Assembly: GCF_008065095.1 (NCBI RefSeq)
Contig: NZ_CP042911.1
Span: 3,480,001-3,512,000 of the forward strand
Origin: Gemmata obscuriglobus
GTDB taxonomy: Bacteria > Planctomycetota > Planctomycetia > Gemmatales > Gemmataceae
Direction: 5' to 3'
Length of the DNA: 32,000 nucleotides
This document shows, piece by piece, positions 1 to 8,517 of the stretch (positions within the stretch are counted from its first letter, which is position 1; each line of letters opens with the position of its first letter). The notes beneath the pieces are model-generated. The model was not told where the DNA came from. It was given only the letters and a program-made list of their open reading frames with translations, and did no database searches. Position numbers and translations under genes: made by a program.

Positions 1-464
1 ACCCGATCGGCGAGGCCGTGCGGTCGGTCGGCCCCGACGCGCAAGACACATACGGCAGCACGCCGCGGACGCGCTTCCTGGAGTTCGAGGGGACGCGGGA
101 CCTGTGCCCGTGGCTGGCGGTGCCGGCGGCGATCGACTTCCAGTCCGAGTACGGCTTCGACGCGGTGCGCGGCCGCATCGCGGAACTGGCGGCGTACACG
201 CGCGCGGTGATCGGCGGGCTGGGGCTGCCGCTGGCAACCCCCTCGGTACCGGGGCTGTGCGGCGCGATGACGGCGTTCGAACTGCCGGACGGCCGGACCG
301 CCCCCGCGTTGCGGAAGGAGCTGTGGGCGCGCCGGGTGGAGATCCCGGTGATCGAGCGCCCGGGCCGGTTGCTGATCCGGGTGAGCCACCACTTCTACAC
401 GACCGAAGCCGAGATCGACCGGCTCGCGAAAGTGCTGAAGGAGATCGGTGTCGCGAGCATGTAG
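1..464 (+). CDS. Aminotransferase class V-fold PLP-dependent enzyme (isopenicillin-N epimerase / cysteine desulfurase-like), C-terminal part; the 5' end lies upstream of the window
   Basis: The frame of ORF 18..464 is open to the window edge. The C-terminal small-domain pattern is ...AIDFQSEYGFDAVRGRI...RVEIPVIERPGRLLIRVSHHFYTTEAEIDRL. Stop TAG at 462-464. Confidence 0.7.
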   Translation, partial: PIGEAVRSVGPDAQDTYGSTPRTRFLEFEGTRDLCPWLAVPAAIDFQSEYGFDAVRGRIAELAAYTRAVIGGLGLPLATPSVPGLCGAMTAFELPDGRTAPALRKELWARRVEIPVIERPGRLLIRVSHHFYTTEAEIDRLAKVLKEIGVASM

Positions 465-529
465 CAGTTCCAATCGACTACGGGCGCTGGCGCGGGAGTG
501 GCCCGGGGCAGAACATTGGATGGGTAAAA

Positions 530-2007
530 CTGTACTTTCCGCGAATTTGTAGGCCGGGCGGTGATGGTGGTACGTTCGGAGTAGACGAATGCCGGCCCGT
601 CCGGGAGGATGGCGTTACCACACGACCTCCCAACCCGAACGGACGCGGCGATGCCATCTTCGCACACTCCGGCCCCGCGGTGCCAGTGGTTTTCGATTCT
701 GGCCGGTGCCTTGGATCGGCGCTCGGGCCGGCGGTTGGCGCTGTTGTTCCTGGGGGTGCTGTTGGCCCGCGGGCGACAGGCCCGGAGTTGCTGGATCCGA
801 GCCGCCGGGTTGTCGTCCCAGTACCGCCGCTGCTACCCCACCGCGGCCGCCGTCGGGCGCCGGGCCGAGGCCATCGCCACCCGGTTGTTGGTCGAGGTGC
901 TCCGGCCGTTGGTGACCGGGCCGCGGGTCGTGCTCGCGTTGGATGACACCCCGACGGCGCGGTACGGTTCCCAGGTGCAAGGGGCCGGGGTGCACCACAA
1001 CCCGACCCCCGGGCCGGCCGGGAGCGGGTTCGTGTACGGGCACGTGTGGGTGGTCCTCGGGTTGCTGGTGGCGCACCCGCTGGGCGGGGTCGTGGCGTTA
1101 CCCCTGTTGGCCCGGCGGTACATCCGGAAGGCGAACCTGGGGGCGGTTCGGGCGGCGGACCGGCCCCCGTTCGCAACCAAGCTGACCATGGCCGTGGGCT
1201 TGGTGCGGTGGGCGCACGGGTGGCTGGCGTTGTGGGGGAAGGCGGTGTGGGTGGTGGCCGACGGGGCGTACGCCCAGGGGCCGGTGCTCAAGCCGCTGCG
1301 GAAGCTCGGGGTGACGGTGGTGAGCCGACTGCGCCGGGATGCGGCCCTGTGCTCGGTGCCACCGGCGCGAGTACCCGGGCGGCCCGGCGGCCGCGGGTGT
1401 ACGGGACCGAGCGGGTGTCGCTGGCCAAGCGGGCCGCCCACCCCGGCGGGTGGAGCACCGGCATGTTCACCGTGTACGGGAAGTCGGTCGAGAAGCGGTA
1501 CAAGACGTTCGTGGCCACGTGGCGCCCGGCCGGTGGGGCGATCCGGGTGGTGTTGGTGGACGAGCCCCACGGATGGGTCGCGTTCTTCGGCACCGACACC
1601 ACCGCGACCGTGGCCGACATCCTGGAGCGGGTGGCCGACCGGTTCACCCTGGAGACCTGTTTTCGGGATCTCAAACAAGTCGCCGGGGCGGGTCAGCAGC
1701 AGGTGCGCGGGGTGCCGTCGAACGTGGGGTGCTTCCACCTGTGCGCGTGGGCCCACACCCTGACCGAGGTGTGGGCCTGGAACCAGAACGCCGAGGCCCT
1801 GGTGGGGCACCGATCCGCATCCCCGTGGGACGACCCGAACCGGCGCCCGAGCCACGCGGACAAGCGCCGGGCCTGGCAACACGAGCTGTTGGCCCAGGAG
1901 ATTCAGGCCGTTGTGGGCGAGCACCACGACCACGCGAAAATCCGCGACCTCGCCCACCGGTGCTTGGATCTGGCCGCGTGAGCGCGGCCGATTCGCGGAA
2001 ACTACAG
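530..2007 (+). mobile_element. ISa copy 1 (1478 bp; IS701/IS4-superfamily DDE element)
   Basis: Terminal IRs are CTGTACTTTCCGCGAAT (530-) and, reverse-complemented, CTGTAGTTTCCGCGAAT (-2007). It is near-identical to 29385..30862 and, inverted, to 20028..21506. The flanks GGTAAAA and GCCTACT are not a TSD. Confidence 0.9.
609..1981 (+). pseudogene. ISa DDE transposase split into two frames by a 1-nt deletion
   Basis: ORFs 609..1763 and 1046..1981 together equal the intact 457-aa ORF at 20054..21427. The tandem CCCGGGCGG CCCGGGCGG of the intact copy reads CCCGGGCGG CCCGGCGG here (GG at 1386-1387). R-x3-E-x6-K motif present: RFTLETCFRDLK. Confidence 0.85.
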
Positions 2008-2026
2008 GCCTACTTGAAACTACTGG
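2008..2026 (+). repeat. Orphan right-end IR remnant of ISb
   Basis: GCCTACTTGAAACTACTGG matches the true ISb right end GCCAACTTGAAACTACTGG (3270-3288) at 18/19 positions. It sits between the ISa right end and the AAT that precedes the ISb left end. Confidence 0.6.
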
Positions 2027-2029
2027 AAT

Positions 2030-3288
2030 CCAGTAGTTTCAAGTTGGGCGATTTATGAGTAGCGGGCCGCATGGGTTTACCGGTCAATGGTGGTTACCAC
2101 GCCTCCACTGTCGGAGCCCCCATGCGACCCAAACGTCAGTCTATCCGAGCCACCCCGGCCCACGCCACCCGGCACCTCCGTCCGGTCCTGACCGACTGGC
2201 TCGGCCGTGCGGTCCAACTGCCCAAGCGTCGCCGCACCTGTACACCCGAGGTGGTGTGGCGGGTGGTGCTGTTCGCCGCGGCGTTCGCCCGCTCGGTGGC
2301 CGCGGCCTGTGCCGCGATCGCCGACGCCCCGTCCGGGCAGGCCATCTGGGATTGCTTGTACCTCACGCTGCCCAAGCGGCGCCGCACCCTCGAGCGGCGG
2401 TTGCGGCCGGCCCTCCACGCCCCGCTCGGCAAGCGGAAGCGGGCGGCTCGGGTCGCGATCGACTACCACCGGATCGGGTACTTCGGGACGCCGAACCGGG
2501 ACACCACCCGGTCCAAGGGGGCCGGCGGCACCCACACGTTCCACACGTACGCCACCGCGTGCCTCGTCGGGGGACCGGACCGGTACACGCTCGGGTTGAC
2601 GGCCGTGGGCGAGAAGGAGCCGATGACCGCGGTGCTCACCCGGCTGTTGGATCAGGTGACGGCGGCACGGGTTACGGTCCGGGTCGCGCTGCTGGACAAG
2701 GCGTTCTTCTCGATCGCGGTGATGCGGTTGCTCCAGGCGCGGGGTGTGCCGTTCGTGATCCCGGCCGTGGTCCGGGGCCGCAAGCCCCGGCCCGGGGTGA
2801 AGGGGGTCGGGTTGCGGGCCGTGCGGCGGCGGGGCGCGGGTCGATATGCGTACACCCACGCGGATCGGGGCACCTCGGTGCGGGTGCACGTGGTGATCGC
2901 TCACAAGAGCTACCGGTACCGGCGGACCGGGGGCCGGCGGAGCAAGAAGTTACTGTACGCGGCGTGGCGGGTGAGCGGGAGCCCGGTGGCGATTCGGGAC
3001 CTGTACCGGACCCGATTCGGGATCGAGAGCAGCTACCGCCAGTTGGGGCAGGTTCGGCCCCGGACCTCGACCACCGATGGGGTCGTGCGACTCCTGTGGG
3101 TCGCCGTCGGGCTGATCCTGCGTAACGCCTGGTTGTGGTCCCGCTCAGCCCGCGGCCTCGGGTGGACACTGGCGGCGGTATGCCTGATACTGTTGGCCGA
3201 TGGGCTGGCACCTACAGATGGCGAAAATAAGTCCATTACTACTGCACGATCGGCCAACAAAACCAAGCCGCCAACTTGAAACTACTGG
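2030..3288 (+). mobile_element. ISb (1259 bp; IS4-superfamily, ISH3/IS4-like)
   Basis: 18-bp IRs: CCAGTAGTTTCAAGTTGG (2030-2047) and CCAACTTGAAACTACTGG (3271-3288). AAT lies on both sides (2027-2029 and 3289-3291), which is a candidate 3-bp TSD. Confidence 0.8.
2071..3279 (+). CDS. ISb DDE transposase (IS4 superfamily)
   Basis: 402-aa ORF filling the element. Motifs: ...VAIDYHRIGYFG..., THTFHTYATA, LLDKAFFS, and Y-x2-R-x3-E in LYRTRFGIESSYRQL. The true start may be ATG 2122. Confidence 0.75.
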   Translation: MGLPVNGGYHASTVGAPMRPKRQSIRATPAHATRHLRPVLTDWLGRAVQLPKRRRTCTPEVVWRVVLFAAAFARSVAAACAAIADAPSGQAIWDCLYLTLPKRRRTLERRLRPALHAPLGKRKRAARVAIDYHRIGYFGTPNRDTTRSKGAGGTHTFHTYATACLVGGPDRYTLGLTAVGEKEPMTAVLTRLLDQVTAARVTVRVALLDKAFFSIAVMRLLQARGVPFVIPAVVRGRKPRPGVKGVGLRAVRRRGAGRYAYTHADRGTSVRVHVVIAHKSYRYRRTGGRRSKKLLYAAWRVSGSPVAIRDLYRTRFGIESSYRQLGQVRPRTSTTDGVVRLLWVAVGLILRNAWLWSRSARGLGWTLAAVCLILLADGLAPTDGENKSITTARSANKTKPPT

Positions 3289-3342
3289 AATCGCTTGTGC
3301 GGTATCACGGACGCGATCCGCTGACGAACAACGCATGTCGTG

Positions 3343-4545
3343 TCAATACTTGGCCAACTCGCACACAACGAGCGTGACATCATCGGACAGCTTCTGATCT
3401 CCTCGAAATTGCTTCTGGTCCGCGAGCAACCGGTCCAGGAGCAATTGGGCCGATAGAGCCCCGCCAGCCGTGAGCGCGGCTTCCAACCGGTCTGTACCAT
3501 ATCCCTCGCCACGGTCGTCCCGCGCTTCCACCAAGCCGTCGGTATAGAAGCACAGCCGGTCTCCCGGTTCGAGCTGCACAGTGCGCTCGCGGTACTGCTC
3601 GTCGGGCACGATTCCGAGGAGGAAGCCTTGAGCCGAAAGCGGCTGCACCGTGCCGGTGCGGGCGACGAACCGCAACGGGTACGGGTGCCCCGCGCTGGCG
3701 TAGGTTAGCACCCGGGTGCGGCGGTTCAGCACCCCGTAGAATGCCGTCACGAAACGGTCGTCAGCGAGCCCTTGGAGCCGGGTGTTCATCTCGGACAGCA
3801 CCACTCCCGGTGAGATGGTCCCACTCGCGATGTCGGCGAACGCGGACCGCGACATGATGGCCACCATCGCCGCCGCAATGCTGTGCCCGCTGGCGTCGGC
3901 GATCAGGAACCCGATGTGGTCCGCGTCCGGCTGGGCTACGTCATAGTAATCACCGCCAAGGTGATCGAGCGGGGCATAATGCACCCCCCACCGCAGTTCC
4001 GGCCAAGGAGGGGGCGAGTGCGGCAACAGGAGCCGGGTTTGAAGCTGACCGGCGGCGCGGAGGTTGTGCCGCATCTCCGCATCGCGGGCCATGATCTCGC
4101 CCAGCGCCCGCTTCAGTTCGTGCGTGCGGTGTTCGACCACCCGGTTGAGGTCGTCCGCGCGCCGGCCCAGCAGCATCCGGGTGGAAAGTAAGCCGAGTAC
4201 CGTACGGTCCTCGACCACGGGCAGGTGCCGCACCCGCTTCTGCTCCATCAGGGAGACCGCCGCCTCCCACGCTTCATTCGGGCCAATGGTGATCGGGTCT
4301 GGCGTCATCCAAGCCGACACCGGCAGCTCGCGCCAGCCCGGGTCGGCGTCCGCGACGCGGCGCAGTAGGTCGCGCTCGGTGAAGATTCCCTGTAACTTGT
4401 GTTCGCCGGTCGTTACGAGTACGGCACCGATCCGCAGCCGGTTCATCTCCCCCATCACGTCGCGCAGCGGGCAGGACGGCGGAACCCGCACGGGGGTCGA
4501 CATCATCACCTGTCGCACACTCAACTGGTCTGGCCGCGTCAACAT
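3343..4545 (-). CDS. CBS-pair domain protein fused to a PP2C/SpoIIE-type serine phosphatase (RsbU-like)
   Basis: 400-aa ORF. The N-terminal has two CBS-like units (VRQVMMSTPVRV...IGAVLV..., ...VSAWMTPDPITI...VRHLPVV). The C-terminal has SpoIIE motifs: GGDYYDV, FLIADASGHS, FVTAFYGVL, YASAGHP, LCFYTDGLVEA, DDVTLVV. Confidence 0.85.
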   Translation of the reverse strand: MLTRPDQLSVRQVMMSTPVRVPPSCPLRDVMGEMNRLRIGAVLVTTGEHKLQGIFTERDLLRRVADADPGWRELPVSAWMTPDPITIGPNEAWEAAVSLMEQKRVRHLPVVEDRTVLGLLSTRMLLGRRADDLNRVVEHRTHELKRALGEIMARDAEMRHNLRAAGQLQTRLLLPHSPPPWPELRWGVHYAPLDHLGGDYYDVAQPDADHIGFLIADASGHSIAAAMVAIMSRSAFADIASGTISPGVVLSEMNTRLQGLADDRFVTAFYGVLNRRTRVLTYASAGHPYPLRFVARTGTVQPLSAQGFLLGIVPDEQYRERTVQLEPGDRLCFYTDGLVEARDDRGEGYGTDRLEAALTAGGALSAQLLLDRLLADQKQFRGDQKLSDDVTLVVCELAKY

Positions 4546-4715
4546 TCGTCACCTGTAAGCCGCGCGACGGCGTGGGCCGGCGGGCGCGGTTTTGAGGAGG
4601 AATTATAGAACCCGCGGTCCGCGTCGCCCGAATCTGCAGAATGTGTCCGCAGAAGCTTGACCACTCTCCCCGATGCGAGAAGACACACTGGAACTGCCCG
4701 CGCGGGGAGAAACCG

Positions 4716-4809
4716 ATGCCGATCTGGGTGCGACAAGCGGCGGCGATCCTGGTCCGCGACGGACGGGTGTGCCTTGTTCGGTCGAGCAGCGGGCGCCGCT
4801 GGGTTGTCC
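4716..4809 (+). pseudogene. Possible 5' stub of a NUDIX hydrolase gene, cut off by the ISL3 end
   Basis: ATG 4716 is preceded by GGGGAGA. The peptide MPIWVRQAAAILVRDGRVCLVRSSSGRRW resembles NUDIX N-termini (..AAAILVRDGRVLLVR..). The reading frame runs straight into the ISL3-like terminal sequence at 4810. Confidence 0.3.
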
Positions 4810-6088
4810 GGCTCTCCGCGATTCTTGGGGACGTTCAAGCTTTCGCCCGGCCGAAGCGGTCCAACACGCAGAGCCGGAATTTCTTGAAGTTGACCATTCC
4901 CCAGGCACGCCACAGGATGGCGCGCCGCCCGTGGTTGAATCCCTCGGTCCGACCGTTGCTGTTCCGGTTCCCGAAGTAGTTCGCGATCCGGCCCATCCCG
5001 TTCGTCAACGTCTTGCAGAACTTCTCCAACGCCGACAGGCCGAGTTTCCGGACCTCACTCATCCAGCCCTCTAACCGCTTTCGGCCCTGCTCCGCCGTGA
5101 CCATCGTTCGATCCTCGAAGATGGCACGCAGACCCTCCCGTTGGTCCCACAACGCACCCAATGCCGGGAACTCCTGCCGCAACCGGGCGAACGGTTCCCG
5201 GTCCTCCTCGCGCAGGTTCTCCGGGTTCGTCACCCACCACCGGCTCCCCTTCAACCGGGTCTTGGCCTCCGCCGACAGGCCCCGCTGCAACTCCCGGCGG
5301 GCCGCCGTCAACCCGTCCTGGAAGTTCTTCATCACATGGAACCGGTCGATGGTGATGGCGACGCCCTCCCCGAACGCCTCCCGAGATGCCTCCACATAGG
5401 CGTCCCACATGTCCGTCGTCACCTCCTCGACGGTCGCCAGCAGGCCACTCGCCTTGGCCGCCTTCCGGTACGCCAGGACCGTGGCTTTCTCCCGGTTCTC
5501 CAGCACATTCAGCCCGTGGTCGTGATCGATGATCACGGCGACGAACTGTCGGTGCCGCTTTTGAGCGACAGCTCGTCGATCCCGATCCGCCGGATCGGCC
5601 CGGTCGGCGTCCGGGCGAGGTCCGGTTGCTGGCGCGCCACGTAGTCGTAGTATCAGCCCTCCAACGTCTTCTCCGCAACCCCGAAGAACCGGGCCGCGTT
5701 GGACACGTCGCTGTGGCGGATCAACTCGGCGACACGCCCCAGTAACCGCTCCGTGCCGTGTGCCCCTTCGGCCAAGAACTCGATGGTCAGGGTAAAACAT
5801 CGGTCGCAGTGTGGGCACTCGAATTGTCCGACGCGGACCGTCAACTCGACGGCGTGGGAGCCGATGGGCCAGTCGAGGATGCCCTCCCGAGTGCGGCGTT
5901 GCTTGACCATCTCGGTCACCCGATGGCAGTGCGGGCACACACCGACGGGGTGTTCGGGAACCACGGTGATGACGTACCGCTGGCAGACCTCGTCCTCACG
6001 CACGTGGACGACCGCGAACCCCGGTAGGTGGAGGAGGTCGGTCCAGAACGTGGAGACGCTTTCGTCGGGCATGGTCGTGTCTCCCGAG
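4810..6088 (-). mobile_element. ISL3-family element, degenerate; the transposase-proximal end appears truncated
   Basis: The end GGCTCTCCGCGATTCTTGGGG at 4810 resembles ISL3 IRs (GGCTCTT...). The other end lies only 16 bp beyond the transposase start and directly abuts the IR of the next IS at 6089. No matching IR was seen there. Confidence 0.55.
4835..6072 (-). pseudogene. ISL3-family transposase with a nonsense mutation and a frameshift
   Basis: N-terminal zinc-finger/HTH ORF 5653..6072 (CPHCHRV...CPHCDRCF). C-terminal DDE part in ORF 4835..5938 (...IDRFHVMKNF...NGRTEGFNHGRRAILWRAWGMVNFKKFRLCVL). In-frame TGA at 5653-5655, where W is expected (LEG*YYDYV). The run at 5559-5562 is one nt short (IDELSLK|KRHRQFV). 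Confidence 0.85.
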
Positions 6089-6103
6089 CTAGTACTACTC
6101 CGT

Positions 6104-6140
6104 TAGAGGTCGGAATCGCTTTAAGCGGTTCCGACCTCTA
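6104..6140 (+). repeat. 17/18-bp hairpin in the 5' leader of ISc
   Basis: TAGAGGTCGGAATCGCTT / (T)AAGCGGTTCCGACCTCTA. The stem partly overlaps the left IR and ends 8 nt before ATG 6148. Confidence 0.6.
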
Positions 6141-6315
6141 ATCTTGCATGAGAACCTTTACTCCAACCCTCGACGCGGCTGTTCTCGAGCGGTTGCGTGA
6201 TTACGCGGCCCTGTTTGCGGATGACTTCCCCCAGTCCAAGCCCGCCCTCTGGGCCGGGGTCTACCTCCAGGGCTTGCTCCTCGACGGCGAGCGCAAGTCC
6301 ATCGAACCGCTCTCA

Positions 6316-7185
6316 GAGTGTGTTTTGAAACCGCTCTAGATTTTGAGCAGCAGATGGTCTACTCATGGCCGCCATGAGTAGGAAGCGATACCCGACGGAT
6401 CTGACGGATGCGCAATGGGAGCAGTTGGACCGGCTGTTGCCGAAGCCCAAGTGCGGGACCGCCAAGGGTGGTCACCCGGTGGTGGTGGACCGGCGCGAGG
6501 TGGTGAACGCGATCTTCTACCACCGGCGCGCGGGCGGGGCGTGGCGCATGCTCCCCCACGACTTCCCGGCGTGGCAAACGGTGTACGGCCTGTTCCGCGA
6601 CTGGCGCCTCGCCGGCGCCTGGGATCAGGTGCATGCGGCGCTCCGCGAGGAGGTGCGCATCGAGGCCGGGTACCCCGCCACCCCGGAGACCTTGCGGGTC
6701 GACAGTCAGACGGTCAAGATCACCCACCGCGGCGGCCCGAAGGGGTACGACGGGGGGAAAAAAGGTGAACGGCCGCAAGCGGTTCATCGGGGTCGATTCG
6801 CTCGGGTTGGTGTGGGCCCTGTCGGTGCTCACGGCCGACATCCAGGATCGGGACGGCGGGCGGTGGCTGCTGGGCGCGGTGCGGCACCGGCTGCCGCGGG
6901 TGCGTGAGGTGATCGCCGACAGCGGGTTCTCCAAGCGGTTCCAGCAGTTCGTCCGCAACGTGTGCCGATGGGCGGTGACCATCACCGCCAACGCCAAGGA
7001 CGGGTTCAAGGTGCACACCCGGCGGTGGGTGGTGGAGCGCACGTTCGCTTGGTTCGTCCGGTACCGGCGGCTCATGGTCGATTACGAGTACCACACCGAA
7101 ACCACCGAAGCCATGATCCAAGCCGCCATGATTCACCGCATGCTCCGCAAATTGTACCCCAACCCGTAGGTTTCAAAACACACTC
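6316..7185 (+). mobile_element. IS5-family element 1 (870 bp), nested in ISc
   Basis: Perfect 17-bp IRs: GAGTGTGTTTTGAAACC (6316-6332) and its complement (7169-7185). 3-bp TSD TCA at 6313-6315 and 7186-7188. Confidence 0.9.
6365..7169 (+). pseudogene. IS5-family transposase in two frames that switch at a G6A6 run
   Basis: ORF 6365..6907 carries ...LRVDSQTVKITHRGGPKGYDGGKK. ORF 6633..7169 continues GGKKVNGRKRFIGVDSLG...WVVERTFAW. The join at GGGGGGAAAAAA (6752-6763) needs a +1 shift. The paralogue at 10068..10931 is a single frame across this region. Confidence 0.6.
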
Positions 7186-8517
7186 TCACGCCGCATCACC
7201 CTGCCCGACGAGCTCACCAGCACCGATCCCGAGCAGGCACTCCAACAGTTCGTCAACCAAAGCCCCTGGGATCAGAAGCCCGTCCTCACGCGCTATCGTG
7301 CCCACCTCGCTCAGACCTTCGCCAGCCCCGACGGGATCTTCCTGTTCGACGACGTCTTGTTCCCCAAACAGGGCACCCACTCCGTGGGCGTTCCGCGCCA
7401 ATACTGCGGCGCGCTGGGCAAGACGGTCAACTGCCAGGTCGCGGTGTCCGTGCAGTACGTCGGCCCCAAAGGTCACTACCCCCTGGACCTGCAACTGTAC
7501 CTGCCGGACGCGTGGCTCGCCGACGCCACGCGGTTGGGCCGAGTGGGCGTGCCCGAGGATCAACGCATCGCTCGAACCAAGCACGAGATCGCCCTGGAAC
7601 TGTTGGACCGGGTGCGGGGCGAAGGTTTACCCGGCCGCGCGGTGGTGGCCGATGTTGGGTACGGGGTCTCCGGCGCGTTCCGGGCCGGGCTGGAGCAACG
7701 GGGGCTGAAGTACATCGTGGGGGTGACCGGGGACCTCGTGGTTTTCACGGCAGAACCCAAATGGGATCGACCCGGGGCTGATAACTCGGGCGGTCGAGGT
7801 CGCCCCCGCAAGCCGCCGCGGCTGGCGGCGAGCAACCCGCGCCCGGTGCCGCTGAGCGCGTTGGCCGAACGGGTCGCGCGGCACCGGGTGGGCTGGCGCG
7901 AGGGCACGAAGGGGACGTTGTCCGGGCACTTCGCGTGGGTGCGGGTGTGGCCGGCCCACGGGTGGAAGACGGGCGAGTGTGCGGACGAGAAGCCGTTGTG
8001 GGTGTTGGTCGAGAAGCAAGGCGAGGATGGTCCGTTGAAGTTCGCATTCTCGAACCGACCGGCGGGCACGAGTCGGATCGCGGCGGTGCGGCTGTGGAAG
8101 AGCCGGTGGCCGGTGGAACAGGGGTACCAGCAATTGAAGGAGGAGTTGGGGTTGGACCACTTCGAGGGCCGGTCGTGGCGCGGGTTCCACCACCACGCGG
8201 CCATGACCCTGTTGGCGTACGGGTTCCTGTTGCTCGAGAGAGACCGGCTCGGGGCCGAACGGGATCGGGCCAACCGCACCCGCCCGGAGCGGGTAAAAAA
8301 GGGGGCGCCGAACCGCCCCTGACCCTGCCCGGGGTGCGGCGCGCCTTGCAACAGCTGCTGCGCCCGTGGGCCCAGCCGGATTGTGTCCACTGCCGGGCAC
8401 AGCACTTACATCCGATTCAAATCTAACGGAGTAGTACTAGGGAGCAGGAGATCGGTGTGGAGGCGACTCGCTGAGCTTAGTGACTGTCCCATATGTGAGA
8501 TTTATGCCACCGTGTGG

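Larger units (their letters stand above)
6148..8322 (+). pseudogene. IS701-family transposase split by the IS5-family insertion 6316..7185
   Basis: The N-terminal part 6148..6315 (...GERKSIEPLS) and the C-terminal part 7186..8322 join in frame once the insert and one TCA copy are removed (PLS|RRITLPDE). C-terminal motif: RWPVEQGYQQLKEELGLDHFEGRSWRGFHHH. Confidence 0.85.
6089..8440 (+). mobile_element. IS701-family element (ISc), interrupted by an IS5-family insertion
   Basis: 19-bp IRs: CTAGTACTACTCCGTTAGA (6089-6107) and TCTAACGGAGTAGTACTAG (8422-8440). They enclose a split IS701-type transposase gene. Confidence 0.8.

Noticed and set aside
833-1957. Long antisense and overlapping ORFs inside ISa, repeated in all three copies (e.g. 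374 aa at 833..1957, 232 aa at 478..1176, 398 aa at 20860..22056, 256 aa at 29261..30031).
   Set aside because: They are proline/arginine/glycine-rich, low-complexity translations typical of non-coding frames in 65% GC DNA. They overlap a transposase frame that has clear DDE motifs, and they have no recognisable domains.
2012-2044. A near-perfect 15-bp palindrome, considered as a terminator or operator.
   Set aside because: Each arm is an ISb terminal inverted repeat (compare 3271-3288), and no U-tract follows. It is interpreted as an abutted IS-end junction and reported as a finding instead.
8441-8476. The 37-bp spacer between ISc and IS5-2 as the missing right IR of the ISL3 element (...CGACTCGCTGAGC versus the expected ...AATCGCGGAGAGCC).
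   Set aside because: Only ~8 of the terminal 12 nt can be aligned and the rest does not match. That is too weak to call.
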